DNA of 64,000 bases from Verrucomicrobiales bacterium (lineage in GTDB: Bacteria; Verrucomicrobiota; Verrucomicrobiia; Verrucomicrobiales; V1-33), in NCBI GenBank assembly GCA_031411295.1, contig JANOAV010000033.1, positions 1-64,000 of the forward strand, given 5' to 3'. The translations under genes were made by a program, and so were the position numbers. Numbering within the stretch: position 1 is the first letter of the stretch; every line of letters begins with the position of its first letter. The notes below the pieces were generated by a model. That model ran no database searches. It had not been told where the DNA came from and saw only the letters and a list, made by a program, of their open reading frames with translations. Of the stretch, positions 30,695 through 41,467 are shown piece after piece.

Positions 30695-32773
30695 ATGACC
30701 ACTTCTTCAGTTCCGCCAAGCCACAAATATTTCTGCCCCATGTGCCCGGGCATGGAACAGGATCGTCCGGGGACTTGTCGCATGTGCGGGATGGCCTTGG
30801 AGCTAAATCCTGCCTTCCTCACTGCCAAGCTGGAACCGGACCCGGAATTGATTTCCATGACCCGTCGGCTCTGGTGGTGTGCGGCCTTGGCCCTTCCGGT
30901 TTTCCTGCTGGCAATGGGCCATCTCTGGAATGCCGCATGGTCCCATGCAGACTGGTCCCGCTGGGTGCAGTTCCTTCTGAGCACTCCGGTGGTCCTCATC
31001 GGCGGAGCGCCATTTCTCAAGCGGGGATGGGATTCGTTTCGCTCTGGCAGCTTGAATATGTTCAGCCTGATCGCACTGGGAGTGGTGGCCGCCTACGGTT
31101 TTAGCGTGGCGTCGATGTTGCGCCCCGGGCACGGGCCGATTTATTTTGAAGCGGCGGCAGTCATTATTGTGCTAGTGATCGTGGGTCAGGTGCTGGAGTT
31201 GCGAGCTCGTCAGCAAACTGGCTCGGCCCTGCGGGAACTGCTGGGACTGGTGCCGCCGGAAGCCCTGCGAGTCGATGCGACAGGGGAAACCACGATTCCG
31301 CTCAGCGAGGTGATGGTGGGAGATCTCCTGCGCGTGCGCCCGGGTGCCAGTATTCCTGTGGATGGGGTTGTCGTGGAGGGGCAGAGTTCCGTGGATGAGT
31401 CGATGCTGACAGGTGAATCACTCCCGGTGGAAAAATCCGTCAGTGATAGCGTCACAGGCGGGACGCTGAACCACCAAGGCAGCCTGCTCATCCGGGCGGA
31501 GCGGGTGGGAGCGGAAACGTTGCTCTCACAGTTAGTGCAGGTGGTGGCCAAAGCGCAACGCAGCCGGGCTCCGATTCAATCGCTGGCGGATGAAATTGCC
31601 TCATGGTTCACTCCCACGGTCATTTTCCTGGCCGCGCTCACGTTTATTCTGTGGTGGTGGCTCGGGCCGGAACCGAAATTCGCTCAAGCACTAACGTGCG
31701 CAGTTTCCGTGCTGATCATTGCCTGCCCCTGTGCGTTAGGTTTGGCCACGCCCATGAGCGTGACCGTCGGCATGGGCCGCGGAGCGCGGCAGGGCGTGTT
31801 GATTCGCGAAGCCGCCGCGATTGAACTCCTGGCGAAAGCGGACATTCTCGCCATCGACAAAACCGGCACCCTGACTTCCGGCAAGCCTCACGTAGCGCGT
31901 TTTGTTCCCGTAGCTGGAACCACGGAAGAGGAGTTGCTGCTCGTGGCGGCAGCGGTGGAGAATCATAGCGAACATCCGCTGGGCCGGGCTCTGGTGCTAG
32001 CAGCCGTGGCCCGCAAGTTGGCTGTGCCGGAGGTGACAGACTTTACCTCATTTCCCGCCGCCGGAGTTCGCGGCATGGTGGATGGCAAAATGATCGTGGT
32101 GGGAAAAGCCAAGTTTCTGCAAGATCAAGGGATCGAACTGGTCTCCGGAATGGATCCTCAAGCGGGGGAATCACTCATGCTCGTGGCCGCTGATAAAATT
32201 GTGCTTGGAGGAATTTTCCTGGCTGACACCGTTAAGCCAAATGCTCAGGCAAGTCTGGCGGAACTCAAGGCGCTGGGGCTGCAGGTAATTATTCTTAGTG
32301 GCGACAACCAACCAGCCGTGAGCGCCTTGGCGCAAACCGTGGGTCTCACCGAAGCCTATGGCGGATTGACGCCACAGGATAAACAGTCGCGCATTCAGGC
32401 TTGGAAGGACGCAGGGCACACCGTGCTAATGGCAGGGGATGGCGTCAACGATGCCCCAGCCCTGGCCAGTGCGGATGTGGGGATTGCCATGGGCACGGGA
32501 ACCGATGTGGCGATGCAAACCGCTGGCGTCACTTTGGTCAAAGGGGATCTGGCCGGACTGGCGCGCGCGGTCCGCTTGGGACGAGCCATGCGACGGAATA
32601 TTCGCCAGAATCTAACCTTCGCGTTTCTCTATAATGGACTTGGCATCCCGCTGGCAGCCGGGGTCTTCTATCCGGTCTTTGGCTGGCTCATGAATCCCAT
32701 GTTTGCCGGGCTGGCCATGAGCCTGAGTTCCGTCTCCGTCATCGCCAATGCGTTGCGGTTGCGGAGAAGTTAG
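30695..32773 (+). CDS. copA: Copper-translocating P1B-type ATPase
   Basis: N-terminal YFCPMCP...C..CGMALE metal-binding domain, [36 protein letters not shown] and M..SS Cu(I) signatures. Confidence 0.92.
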   Translation: MTTSSVPPSHKYFCPMCPGMEQDRPGTCRMCGMALELNPAFLTAKLEPDPELISMTRRLWWCAALALPVFLLAMGHLWNAAWSHADWSRWVQFLLSTPVVLIGGAPFLKRGWDSFRSGSLNMFSLIALGVVAAYGFSVASMLRPGHGPIYFEAAAVIIVLVIVGQVLELRARQQTGSALRELLGLVPPEALRVDATGETTIPLSEVMVGDLLRVRPGASIPVDGVVVEGQSSVDESMLTGESLPVEKSVSDSVTGGTLNHQGSLLIRAERVGAETLLSQLVQVVAKAQRSRAPIQSLADEIASWFTPTVIFLAALTFILWWWLGPEPKFAQALTCAVSVLIIACPCALGLATPMSVTVGMGRGARQGVLIREAAAIELLAKADILAIDKTGTLTSGKPHVARFVPVAGTTEEELLLVAAAVENHSEHPLGRALVLAAVARKLAVPEVTDFTSFPAAGVRGMVDGKMIVVGKAKFLQDQGIELVSGMDPQAGESLMLVAADKIVLGGIFLADTVKPNAQASLAELKALGLQVIILSGDNQPAVSALAQTVGLTEAYGGLTPQDKQSRIQAWKDAGHTVLMAGDGVNDAPALASADVGIAMGTGTDVAMQTAGVTLVKGDLAGLARAVRLGRAMRRNIRQNLTFAFLYNGLGIPLAAGVFYPVFGWLMNPMFAGLAMSLSSVSVIANALRLRRS

Positions 32774-32809
32774 GCCATCACCCATTGGAAATGGGCGTTG
32801 CGCTACGAT

Positions 32810-32830
32810 GAGCAGCCCAGCGGGCTGCTC
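32810..32830. terminator. Hairpin between convergent genes, possible terminator
   Basis: GAGCAGCCC-AGC-GGGCTGCTC, 9 bp stem, 37 bp after the ATPase stop. Confidence 0.45.
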
Positions 32831-32941
32831 CACTTTCGACCGTTTGCTTTCTCGCAATGGCTTGCTAGCAGAAATCTGCTGTCCTGCTTGAACCTGCTGG
32901 AAGTCACGAACAAGATGGCTCGGAGCATTCCCAGCCTGGCT

Positions 32942-35812
32942 CTATTGATGGAGTCCACTCATCACTTTCTTCACCAGTTCGATAAACTCTCCACGCAAGC
33001 CGTGCGGATCATTGCCGCGGGCGGATTCGGCTTGTTCCTGGATCATTCCGGCGTTGCGTCCTTCCGGACGTTTGCCCCGCAGGCGTTCGCCAAACTCCGC
33101 CACCGCCGAAGCGAATTTGAAATCGCTGGAGGCTGCGACTAACGTTTGGCCAGCATCCGTGTGTGGAACTTCCAGTAGCTTGGACTCTGTGGCATCGGGT
33201 TCTTTGTAGCGGAGTTTTACGGTTAGCGTTTCTGGGCTGGAGATTACCTTTGGTGCAGGTGATGGATCCGTATTAACGACGGGGGATTGTCCCTTTTGAT
33301 ACTTCAGGTCATCTGCTGGCTGCTGTGGTTCATCCACGCCGGGTGGGATCACTTCGTATAAGGCAGTGACGCAGTGGCCGGCTCCGATGTCTCCTGCGTC
33401 CACTTTGTCGTTCGCGAAATCTTCCTTCTTCAGCATGCGGTTATCGTAACCCACGAGGCGATACGATCCCACTTTGTCAGGATTGAATTCCACTTGGAGT
33501 TTCACGTCCTTGGCCACGGTCATGAGGGTGCCGAAGAGTTCGTCTTTGAAAATCTTCTTCCCTTCTTTCTCGCTGTCCACGTAATGGTAAACACCGTTTC
33601 CTTTGTCGGTAATGGATTCCAGCATGGCATCGTTCAGGTTCCCCCGGCCATAGCCACACACGGTTAGGAAAACGCCACCCGCAGCCTTTTCTTTCACCAG
33701 ATTCACCAAGGCATCGTTGGAGGTGGTGCCTACATTGAAATCACCATCCGTGCAGAGCACCACGCGATTAATCCCGCCTTTCACAAAGCGTTCCTGCGCC
33801 ATTTGATAGGCCCGTGTGATACCGGCCCCGCCGTTCGTGCTGCCGCCAGAGGAAAGGTTGCTCAGCGCTTTGAGGATCGTTTCCTTGTTGCCTCCAGAAG
33901 TCGGCGGAAGGGCCACACCTTGGTTCCCGGCATAGACCACGATGCCCACGGTATCGTCGGCATTGAGTTCGCTCGTCAGCATCTTGAGGTTTTCCACCAG
34001 CAACGGAAGTTTGTCCGGGCTGTTCATGGAGCCACTGACATCGCACAGGAAAACCAGGTTAGCAGACGGGCGTTTCTCTTTGGCAATCTCCTTGGCCTTC
34101 AACCCAATCTTCACCAACCGATGCGTCGGAGCCCACGGACACGAGGCCGTTTCCACATTCACCGAGAAAGGATGCGCGCCCTCGGGCTGTGGATAGTCGT
34201 AGGTGAAATAATTCACCATTTCCTCAATCCGCACCGCCGCCGGAGGCACCGCTCGCCCTTCCTGAATCATCCGCCGCAGATTGGCATAGCTGGCCGTGTC
34301 CACATCCACACTGAAGGTGGAAAGCGGAGCCTTTAGTGGGGAAAGGAATGGGTTCTCAATGGCTGGGTTGTATCTGTCGGCGGTGGATCGGAGATCAGTC
34401 CGATTGGTCGGATCGGTCGGATTAGATTGTTCAGAATAGTCCCACGCATAACCGCTCTGGGATGCCAAGAGTTCTTTCCCAGACTGACTCATCGGTTTCC
34501 CATCTACTTCTGCGCGGGACTTATTGCGGAATCTTGGATCAGAAGAGGAAGTTGCCCTACCTATAAAGCCATTCCCATTTCCCGGACCAACGCCACGGCC
34601 CATTCCGTCTCCCAGCATCCCGCCTCTGCCTTTCCCTCGCAGCCCACCTTCGCCCCCACCGATTCCTCCGCTGCTGGGCATTGCAAAACCTGAAATTGAG
34701 GAGTCAACCTTTGCTAATTCCTGGGGAGGCTGATTGGGAAGGGATGAGGTGGCAGTGCCGACGCCACTTCCTGGCACATTTCGAGGGCTCGGTGAATATC
34801 CGCCGCCCGTCGTGCCATGAGGAACAGTCGTTTCCCAGATCTCATCAACATTTCGTAACATGTGTGCCCGGGTGTGATCACGGGCAGAGGCCACGTAATT
34901 GTCGATTTCATGTTCTGTCTTCTCAAGTTGCCGGCGGGCCGCTTCATTGTGAGGATCAATCGCCAAAATCTTGTTAAATGACGATTCGGCTTCATTAAAT
35001 TGCCCAAGATCGAAGTAGACTAACCCTTCTTTGAGTAAACTAGCAATTTCTTTTCCGTTCTTGTCATACCGTGCGGCAATATTAGGATCGTAATAGTCAG
35101 GATCATCCAGCCGCTTCAGCAAAGTCTTGGCCGCTGCGTTGTCCTGATCCACATCCGCAACGAGAACACGCTTCAAGAGGATCTTTCCTTCGTCTAATCG
35201 ACCCTGCTTGCCTAGCTTATCCGCCTCCTTGATGCACGCGTTGGAGAATTTGGAAATTATTCTGCCTCGATCCACCGCCGAAATGGGAGCATTAGGAATC
35301 ACGGATAAGGCTTGGTGAAAATGTCTTACCGCGCCCTCATAATCACCATCAACTAGCAACCGATCACCTTCAGCCTCAGTCTTGCGAGCCAACTCGATCC
35401 GCTGAAGTCGCGCGATCACTTCCGACTCGGCAATAGAATGACTTGGGTCCACCACTGGAACACGTTCTGAGGTGATTGGGCTTGGCGATTGTGCGGCTGT
35501 TAATTCTTGGCTCAGAATGACAGTCGGTTTCCTGTCCCGCCACACCAACATCCCCACCGCACAAGCCGCAGCAGAGCCTGCCAGGCCCCATTTCCACCAG
35601 CGATGGCTTGGCTTTTTGGGTCCGATTGGTTCGGCTAGCGGAATTGCTGATGAATTACTGGCCGCGGTGTCCAATGCGGTCTCCAGGGCGCTGAGGAAGG
35701 CTTCGTCGTCGGTGGTTTGGTGGCTGGCGAATTCGTGGAGCAGGCCGTGCATGGCGCGGTCTTGGCCGGGTGTTAGGTCGGCGGTGGGTTCGGATTGATT
35801 GGAAGGTTTCAT
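32942..35812 (-). CDS. Membrane-anchored TPR + YfbK-type vWA (vWF_A / DUF3520) protein, putative anti-sigma factor
   Basis: About 70 aa cytoplasmic N-terminus, TM, TPR block, Gly-rich linker, then PLSTFSVDVDTASY, VRIEEMVNYF, MIDAS DVSGSM, TDGDFNVG, VAKDVKLQVEFNP, YRLVGYDNR. Directly downstream of an ECF sigma gene. Confidence 0.85.
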   Translation of the reverse strand: MKPSNQSEPTADLTPGQDRAMHGLLHEFASHQTTDDEAFLSALETALDTAASNSSAIPLAEPIGPKKPSHRWWKWGLAGSAAACAVGMLVWRDRKPTVILSQELTAAQSPSPITSERVPVVDPSHSIAESEVIARLQRIELARKTEAEGDRLLVDGDYEGAVRHFHQALSVIPNAPISAVDRGRIISKFSNACIKEADKLGKQGRLDEGKILLKRVLVADVDQDNAAAKTLLKRLDDPDYYDPNIAARYDKNGKEIASLLKEGLVYFDLGQFNEAESSFNKILAIDPHNEAARRQLEKTEHEIDNYVASARDHTRAHMLRNVDEIWETTVPHGTTGGGYSPSPRNVPGSGVGTATSSLPNQPPQELAKVDSSISGFAMPSSGGIGGGEGGLRGKGRGGMLGDGMGRGVGPGNGNGFIGRATSSSDPRFRNKSRAEVDGKPMSQSGKELLASQSGYAWDYSEQSNPTDPTNRTDLRSTADRYNPAIENPFLSPLKAPLSTFSVDVDTASYANLRRMIQEGRAVPPAAVRIEEMVNYFTYDYPQPEGAHPFSVNVETASCPWAPTHRLVKIGLKAKEIAKEKRPSANLVFLCDVSGSMNSPDKLPLLVENLKMLTSELNADDTVGIVVYAGNQGVALPPTSGGNKETILKALSNLSSGGSTNGGAGITRAYQMAQERFVKGGINRVVLCTDGDFNVGTTSNDALVNLVKEKAAGGVFLTVCGYGRGNLNDAMLESITDKGNGVYHYVDSEKEGKKIFKDELFGTLMTVAKDVKLQVEFNPDKVGSYRLVGYDNRMLKKEDFANDKVDAGDIGAGHCVTALYEVIPPGVDEPQQPADDLKYQKGQSPVVNTDPSPAPKVISSPETLTVKLRYKEPDATESKLLEVPHTDAGQTLVAASSDFKFASAVAEFGERLRGKRPEGRNAGMIQEQAESARGNDPHGLRGEFIELVKKVMSGLHQ

Positions 35813-35872
35813 TTGGGAAATTGGGTTGGAATGTGGTAGATTTAGGTCGGGGCGGGCCGCCCCGACTCCCTT

Positions 35873-36499
35873 TTAGCAGGCAGGCTGGGCGTTGGTTTTC
35901 AGTTCGATGCAGCGGCGGAGGGCGGTGCGGGCACGTTCGAGTCGTTTGCGGATAGAGTCCTCGCTGGCACCGAGTTTGGTGGCGGTTTCGGCTCCGGTCT
36001 TCTCTTGGAAATAGAAGGTCTCCACAGTGGTCTTCAGGGTTTCCGGAAGTTTTGCCACGCAGTCTTCCAGCGCGATGAAGATGGCGTTGCCAGAGCCACT
36101 GCGCTCTGCGGCTTCCTGCCACACGGCGTGTTGCGCCTCCAAGGCCTCCAGCACCGCGTCATCCAGCGTTTCCAGTTTCCGCTCACGCGCCATTTCGCGC
36201 CAGCGATTCCGGATAATTCCACGGACCCAGGATGGAAAATTCCGCGTGACATCGAACTTCGCCAGGCTCTTGAAAGCAATCACTAACGCGTCCTGCGTTA
36301 AGTCTCGGGAGGAGGCATCGTCCCGCACTAACGCCCGGGCATACGCCAGGAATTGCCGATGATGCTGGCGCACCAGAATGGTAAACGCCACGCGATCCGT
36401 GGCAGGGTTAATGATTTCCGCAGCGGGAGCAGCGGAGACGTGGTTGCACTCTGCCGGGTGAGTTTCCTCGCAAATAGGATCGGTTAGAGTGGGGTTCAT
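35873..36499 (-). CDS. ECF RNA polymerase sigma factor
   Basis: DLTQDAL..AF..L.KFD...F.SWVRGIIRN (region 2) and L.DCV.KLP....V..FY.......A.KLG.S...IRKRLERAR..LR.CIE (region 4). Start uncertain (36499, 36520 or 36586). Confidence 0.88.
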   Translation of the reverse strand: MNPTLTDPICEETHPAECNHVSAAPAAEIINPATDRVAFTILVRQHHRQFLAYARALVRDDASSRDLTQDALVIAFKSLAKFDVTRNFPSWVRGIIRNRWREMARERKLETLDDAVLEALEAQHAVWQEAAERSGSGNAIFIALEDCVAKLPETLKTTVETFYFQEKTGAETATKLGASEDSIRKRLERARTALRRCIELKTNAQPAC

Positions 36500-36776
36500 G
36501 GGTATTGCGTGAAGTGTCATAATGTTCACGTCTGAGAGTTGCGGTTTCTTAGGGCAATTGTGACATAAATCTTTTGCCGCAGTCATTTTCCTGCTCCCGA
36601 ACCGAAGATGGAATTTTGAACAGAAGATTGGAAGGAAAGGCAGACGGTTCGGAATTTGAGGGTGCGGAACTAAGCATTGGAGGCAGTTTTTGCTAGCAAT
36701 CCCCTTAATATCAACCTTTTGGCGGTTGCCACTTCATCCGGTGGTTGACCGCCCAGTCGGACAAACTTCCAACTTG

Positions 36777-38570
36777 CTAAGCCGGCACGGCATCACCAGT
36801 CGGACGATGGACGAACCACCAACTGGCCAGCGCCACTCCAAGAATTACGAGCACCGCCAGACGCCAGTAGCTATCCTCCCGCCCCAGGCGTTCAATTAAG
36901 GCGGCTTTCGTGCCGATCAAATCATTGCGCGACCCGGCTTTGGAGAAGTCCGCTTCCCGCGTGTCGGCAAAATGGCTGGAGCCGCGCAGGAGTTCGTGCT
37001 TGCCCTGCATCACTTTGAATTCGCCAGCGGTGGCGGGAGCTTGGATCAGACCGACCTGGCGTGTCGGGAAATTTTTCGTTTGTTCTCCGGCGGTAGTTTG
37101 CCAGATCAATTTCAATTCCGCTGCCTTCTCATCCTGGTTGCAGGCCAACTTCAGACGTTCGCCATTCTCACAATTACGCACTTCATGGAGGGGTAATTTC
37201 CCCCGCACCTCTTCCATGAACCGATGCAGCATAACGACGAACGCTGGCAGCTTGTGGGCATTGGCGAAGCGCAGATCGAAGTTGATGAACAACTGCTGCG
37301 CCATGCCTTCGCCCCGCAGGAAGAGCAGACTGCGTTCCCCCTGCCAGAGCAGGCCGACGTCCGTCTTGCGTTGGGGAATGCGGGTGGCATCCAGACAGAG
37401 CAGACTCTGCCAGTTCAGCCCGGTCACTAACGGATGGGCTTCGGCTAAAATTTCTCCCGATAGCATCGGCAACTCCTTCCGTGAATCGCGCGTGAGCACG
37501 ATGGCAGGCTTCGTGGGCAGCACCGGTTTGAAAGGATCATATGCGGACATCTCCACGTTGGCGGTGGCGGCATCATTCGTTAGAACAACATCATCAATGC
37601 TGCCCAGCAGTTGCTGATACAACTTCAGTTCCACCGGAGTCAAAGCACTGGCGGGCGGCAAAATCACACTGAGCTGCTTTGGTTCCGGGCGTTGCAGCGG
37701 CAGGGAATCATCGACCGTGAAGGCATCCGACTCCGTGCGCAGCGTGAGACTGGGAACGTTCGGCGGGAACAATCCTTGTATCGCCTCAGCCTGTCCGGCA
37801 GGCAGCGTCACTGCTTGCGGAGTAAATTTCTGCCCTGGCACATCCACCCACCAGGTGCGCTTTTGCTCTTTGCTGGAGTAATTCTTCAGGGTGGCTTTCC
37901 ATAGCAACTGACCGTCCTTCACTTCCGTGCTCACCCCGGCAAACCCCACGTTATCCAACGCACTCCCGACCGCCAGCACCTTGGCTCCAAACGGAAGTTT
38001 CTCCAACGGCTGATCGGTGACGAACACCACCAGCCCGTCCTTATCCGCCAAACTGCGCGCCAGCCTCAGGGCGGCTGTGACATCATGGGCTCCGCCATGG
38101 GGCATCCAAGCCATCAGGGCTTTCTCCACTTCGCTCAGCTGAGTTCCGTAGTAAATATTTTCCTGTTCCAGCAATGAGTCCAAGACGATGTATTCCGAGG
38201 TATTCACCAGCGTGGCCAAGCGCGCCAATTCCGTGGGGAGTTTTTTCTGTAATTCCGGCTGGAATGCCTGCATGGAAATGGATCCGTCCAGCACCACCAC
38301 CACGCGCTGAATCATGGATTTCTCCACCCACCGTGGTTGCACGAGCAACCAGGTGAACAGCACTGCCATCAACAACTGCAACCACAACGGCACCGATGGC
38401 CGTAGTCGCTCGATCCTTTGTCCGCTCAAGCTTTCCCGCTGCATCTGATCCAGCAGGAACAGCGTGGATATGGGCAGCACCACCGCTTTCCGTTGCAGGA
38501 AATGGATCGCCAGAATGGCGGGAATGGCCAGCAATGCCCAGAACCCCGCTGGATTATTGAAAGTCAGCAT
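36777..38570 (-). CDS. BatA N-terminal domain / vWA membrane protein
   Basis: MLTFNNPAGFWALLAIPAILAIHFL...STLFL (BatA double-TM motif), VVLDGSISM MIDAS-like motif, C-terminal TM. Confidence 0.82.
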   Translation of the reverse strand: MLTFNNPAGFWALLAIPAILAIHFLQRKAVVLPISTLFLLDQMQRESLSGQRIERLRPSVPLWLQLLMAVLFTWLLVQPRWVEKSMIQRVVVVLDGSISMQAFQPELQKKLPTELARLATLVNTSEYIVLDSLLEQENIYYGTQLSEVEKALMAWMPHGGAHDVTAALRLARSLADKDGLVVFVTDQPLEKLPFGAKVLAVGSALDNVGFAGVSTEVKDGQLLWKATLKNYSSKEQKRTWWVDVPGQKFTPQAVTLPAGQAEAIQGLFPPNVPSLTLRTESDAFTVDDSLPLQRPEPKQLSVILPPASALTPVELKLYQQLLGSIDDVVLTNDAATANVEMSAYDPFKPVLPTKPAIVLTRDSRKELPMLSGEILAEAHPLVTGLNWQSLLCLDATRIPQRKTDVGLLWQGERSLLFLRGEGMAQQLFINFDLRFANAHKLPAFVVMLHRFMEEVRGKLPLHEVRNCENGERLKLACNQDEKAAELKLIWQTTAGEQTKNFPTRQVGLIQAPATAGEFKVMQGKHELLRGSSHFADTREADFSKAGSRNDLIGTKAALIERLGREDSYWRLAVLVILGVALASWWFVHRPTGDAVPA

Positions 38571-38645
38571 ATGGTTAGATCATGGGCGAAATTACCCCGA
38601 ATGCCAAGGGAATCTTCAACACGACTCGCCAGACAGGACGTGGAA

Positions 38646-39860
38646 TCAATCCAGCCCCGGCACCGCCATAAGGCGCAACAATTCCTGGGCACAAGCCGCA
38701 GAGAATGCGGGATCGTTGATGGTGGCGTCGATTTCGTGATACGGAATATCCGGGCGCAGATGCTGTTTCAAGGCGGAGAACAAGGCTGCATCTGCCGCCG
38801 GATCATGGAAGGGCTGCCCCTCTGCGGCTATGATACTGATGCCACGCAGGGGCACTAACACGCTGACGGGTCCCGTGCTGGCGTTAGCCTTGGCAGCCAG
38901 AATTTTGCCCAACTCCGCGCACTCTGTCGCATTGGTGCGCATGAGGGTCACTTGCGGATTGTGGTGGTAGAAATTTCGTCCGGCAAATTTGGCGGGCACG
39001 GTCTGAGGTTCACCGAAATTAGCCATGTCCAGACATCCCGGGGTGATGATAGCCGGAATCCCGCCCTTGGCTGCCGCATCCAACCTCGTGGGGCCTGCAG
39101 AGAGGGTGGCTCCGACAAGTTCGTCCGCCCATTCCGTGGTCGTGATGTCCAACACCCCGGAGACCAGGCCGCTTTCGATGAGTGCCTCCATGGCCCGTCC
39201 GCCAGTGCCAGTGGCGTGAAATACCAACACTTCAAAGCCCGCAGTTTCCAGGATGGCTTTGGCATCATTGACGCAGGTAGTGGTGTTCCCGAACATGCTC
39301 GCCACGATGATCGGACGGTCCGCGCCATGCTCGGTCTGACTTCCAGCCACAGCCGCACTAACCATGCCACAGATGGCTCCCGCCGCATTGCGGAAAATGG
39401 TGCGGGAAACGCGGTTGAGCCCGGCGACATCAACGATGGAAGGCATCATGGTGATGTCCTTGGTGCCCACGTAATGCGCCACATTGCCGCTGACTAACGT
39501 GGATACCATCAGTTTGGGAAATCCAATCGGCAAGCCCCGCATGGCCGAAGTGCCAATGGCCGTGCCGCCGCCACCGCCAAGGGAAATGATGCCGTGAATC
39601 TTACCGTTTGCCGCCAACTGCGCCACGAATCCTGGAACCGCTTGCGCCATGGCCGCCACCCGCTGCCCCCGATCCTCCGGGAGTTCCGCCAACGTGGGGC
39701 ACACCGTTTCCCGACGGAGGTCCGGCACGACCTGGGGTGGCTCCAAGCACCCCACATCAATCAGCAGCGGGGTGTGCCCCTGCCGTTTAATTTCTTCAGC
39801 GACGAACGCATGTTCGTGACCCTTCGAGTCGAGCGTGCCTAGCACTGCGATGGTGGCCAT
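38646..39860 (-). CDS. UPF0261 / Tm-1-like ATP-binding domain protein
   Basis: GTLDSKG.E, GGGGGT, LPIGFPKLMVST, SIVDVAGLN, SMFGNTT, VFHATGTGG, PGCLDM.NF, HNPQVTLMRT, IND..F. Confidence 0.92.
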   Translation of the reverse strand: MATIAVLGTLDSKGHEHAFVAEEIKRQGHTPLLIDVGCLEPPQVVPDLRRETVCPTLAELPEDRGQRVAAMAQAVPGFVAQLAANGKIHGIISLGGGGGTAIGTSAMRGLPIGFPKLMVSTLVSGNVAHYVGTKDITMMPSIVDVAGLNRVSRTIFRNAAGAICGMVSAAVAGSQTEHGADRPIIVASMFGNTTTCVNDAKAILETAGFEVLVFHATGTGGRAMEALIESGLVSGVLDITTTEWADELVGATLSAGPTRLDAAAKGGIPAIITPGCLDMANFGEPQTVPAKFAGRNFYHHNPQVTLMRTNATECAELGKILAAKANASTGPVSVLVPLRGISIIAAEGQPFHDPAADAALFSALKQHLRPDIPYHEIDATINDPAFSAACAQELLRLMAVPGLD

Positions 39861-39872
39861 GAGGTTGGAGGC

Positions 39873-40745
39873 TTAAGATTTGCGGCCGACCGGAATTTGC
39901 TTGAACCGCTGCGTCAACTGTTGCAGCGAGCCTTCGACGGCCAAGCGTTCCAGACTGGAGGCTCCCACGAAGCCCACGGCATCAGTGTGCTGATTGATAA
40001 AAGCGGCATCTTCAGGCGTGCAAATCGGCCCCCCGTGGCTTAGGAAAATAATGTCTTTCCGCCCGGTAGACCGTCCCGCATCGATCAACTGCTGCGTCCA
40101 TTTTGCCGCTTCATCCAAGGAGACCGTCGCATTGGTCACCCCGATGGATCCACCAATGGTCGTGCCGACATGGGCAATGATGGCATCGGCCCCGGCCTCA
40201 GCCATGGCTTTGGCTTCTTCTGGAGAACTGACATACACGACTGTAAACAGGTCCATCCGCCGCGCCAGAGCCACCATTTCGAACTCCTTCTTCACACTCA
40301 TACCGGTCTCCTCCAGGATCTCGCGGAACTTACCGTCGATGATGCAGTGCGTCGGGAAATTGTTCACCCCACTGAAGCCCATTTCTTTGACTTGCCCCAG
40401 CCAGTGCCACATGCGGCGGCGTGGGTCGGTGGCATGCACCCCGCAGATCACCGGGCACTCTTCCACTACGGGGAGGACTTCGTATTCTCCGATTTCCATG
40501 GCGATGGCGTTGGCATCTCCGTAGCTCATGAGGCCAGCCGTGGAGCCATGGCCGCTCATGCGAAAGCGACCACTGTTGTAAATAATGATCAAATCCGCTC
40601 CGCCCTTCTCAATAAATTTGGCGCTAATGCCCGTGCCAGCTCCGGCGGCAATAATCGGCTCGCCCCGCTTCAGCGTGGCTTGCAGGCGTTCGATCACTTC
40701 TGCGCGCGTGTAGGGATTTCCTTTTCCAGTCCAGGGATTCGGCAT
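39873..40745 (-). CDS. TIM-barrel protein, PEP-hydrolase-like (Tm-1 C-terminal domain homolog)
   Basis: GAGTGISAK, YNSGRFRM.G.GS.AGL..YGDAN, GFSGVNNFPT, HGGPI..P.D, GASSLERL. Confidence 0.92.
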   Translation of the reverse strand: MPNPWTGKGNPYTRAEVIERLQATLKRGEPIIAAGAGTGISAKFIEKGGADLIIIYNSGRFRMSGHGSTAGLMSYGDANAIAMEIGEYEVLPVVEECPVICGVHATDPRRRMWHWLGQVKEMGFSGVNNFPTHCIIDGKFREILEETGMSVKKEFEMVALARRMDLFTVVYVSSPEEAKAMAEAGADAIIAHVGTTIGGSIGVTNATVSLDEAAKWTQQLIDAGRSTGRKDIIFLSHGGPICTPEDAAFINQHTDAVGFVGASSLERLAVEGSLQQLTQRFKQIPVGRKS

Positions 40746-40844
40746 GATATGTTAAGTGGGTAGGTAATTAAAAAATTGGAAAATGAGGAAAGTTTAGGGG
40801 CTAATTTTGCCCTGATTTTTAAACTCTCTGACTCCCTTACTCTC

Positions 40845-41255
40845 TCAATAAGCAATCGGAGGCAAGAGGGAACACCAAGGCTCCTCATTAAAGACGTCCA
40901 CGGTAAATTCTCCCTCCGCTTGGGATGGAGCCAGAATCGCCAGAAACTTCAACGGCACGGTCCCGGCATTCCGCGTAGCGTGGGGCAGGTTGGCGGGAAT
41001 GTGCGCCATTTCGCCTGCTCCCAGCAGTCGCTTTTCCTCCCCCACCCATTGCTCGGCCGTGCCTTCAAGCACATAGATGATTTCCTCCCGCGCAGGATGT
41101 TTGTGGAAGTTATGTTGCTCCCCGGGCGGAAATTCGGCTCGGACTAGCAGCAATTGCTGGGCCCCGGTGAGCGCCTCATTGGACATCCACTCGACATGAC
41201 ACCACGGGAAATCCCCATGCTCCACCTCTGACTGCGTGATAAATCGATTCGACAT
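40845..41255 (-). CDS. Cupin domain protein
   Basis: HNFHKHP..EEIIYVLEG and IPANLPH cupin motifs. Start placed at ATG 41255, 7 nt after a putative -10 box. Confidence 0.88.
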   Translation of the reverse strand: MSNRFITQSEVEHGDFPWCHVEWMSNEALTGAQQLLLVRAEFPPGEQHNFHKHPAREEIIYVLEGTAEQWVGEEKRLLGAGEMAHIPANLPHATRNAGTVPLKFLAILAPSQAEGEFTVDVFNEEPWCSLLPPIAY

Positions 41256-41446
41256 GGGGCGGAGTTTCCCAAATTCCGTCCTATCGTCAAGCCTGGACTT
41301 TGCCAGAACAGCTGCGGGCCAAAGACGTAGAGGCCTCCGGTCCTGCTCTTCCTCAGGCAACCGCACTGGGCTGCAAGCCCCCGCCACATTTCCTGCATTA
41401 TCCTGATGGGATAACAAACTGCGCTAAACCATAACCATGCTTGTGT

Positions 41447-41467
41447 GCGGGGCTTCGAAAGCCCCGC
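41447..41467. repeat. Isolated GC-rich palindrome (REP-like or terminator)
   Basis: GCGGGGCTT-CGA-AAGCCCCGC in the intergenic region. Confidence 0.45.

Noticed and set aside
35846..35866. Palindrome GTCGGGGCGG-G-CCGCCCCGAC as a terminator between the sigma and vWA genes
   Set aside because: There is no U tract on the transcribed (minus) strand and the genes look co-transcribed. Its function cannot be supported.
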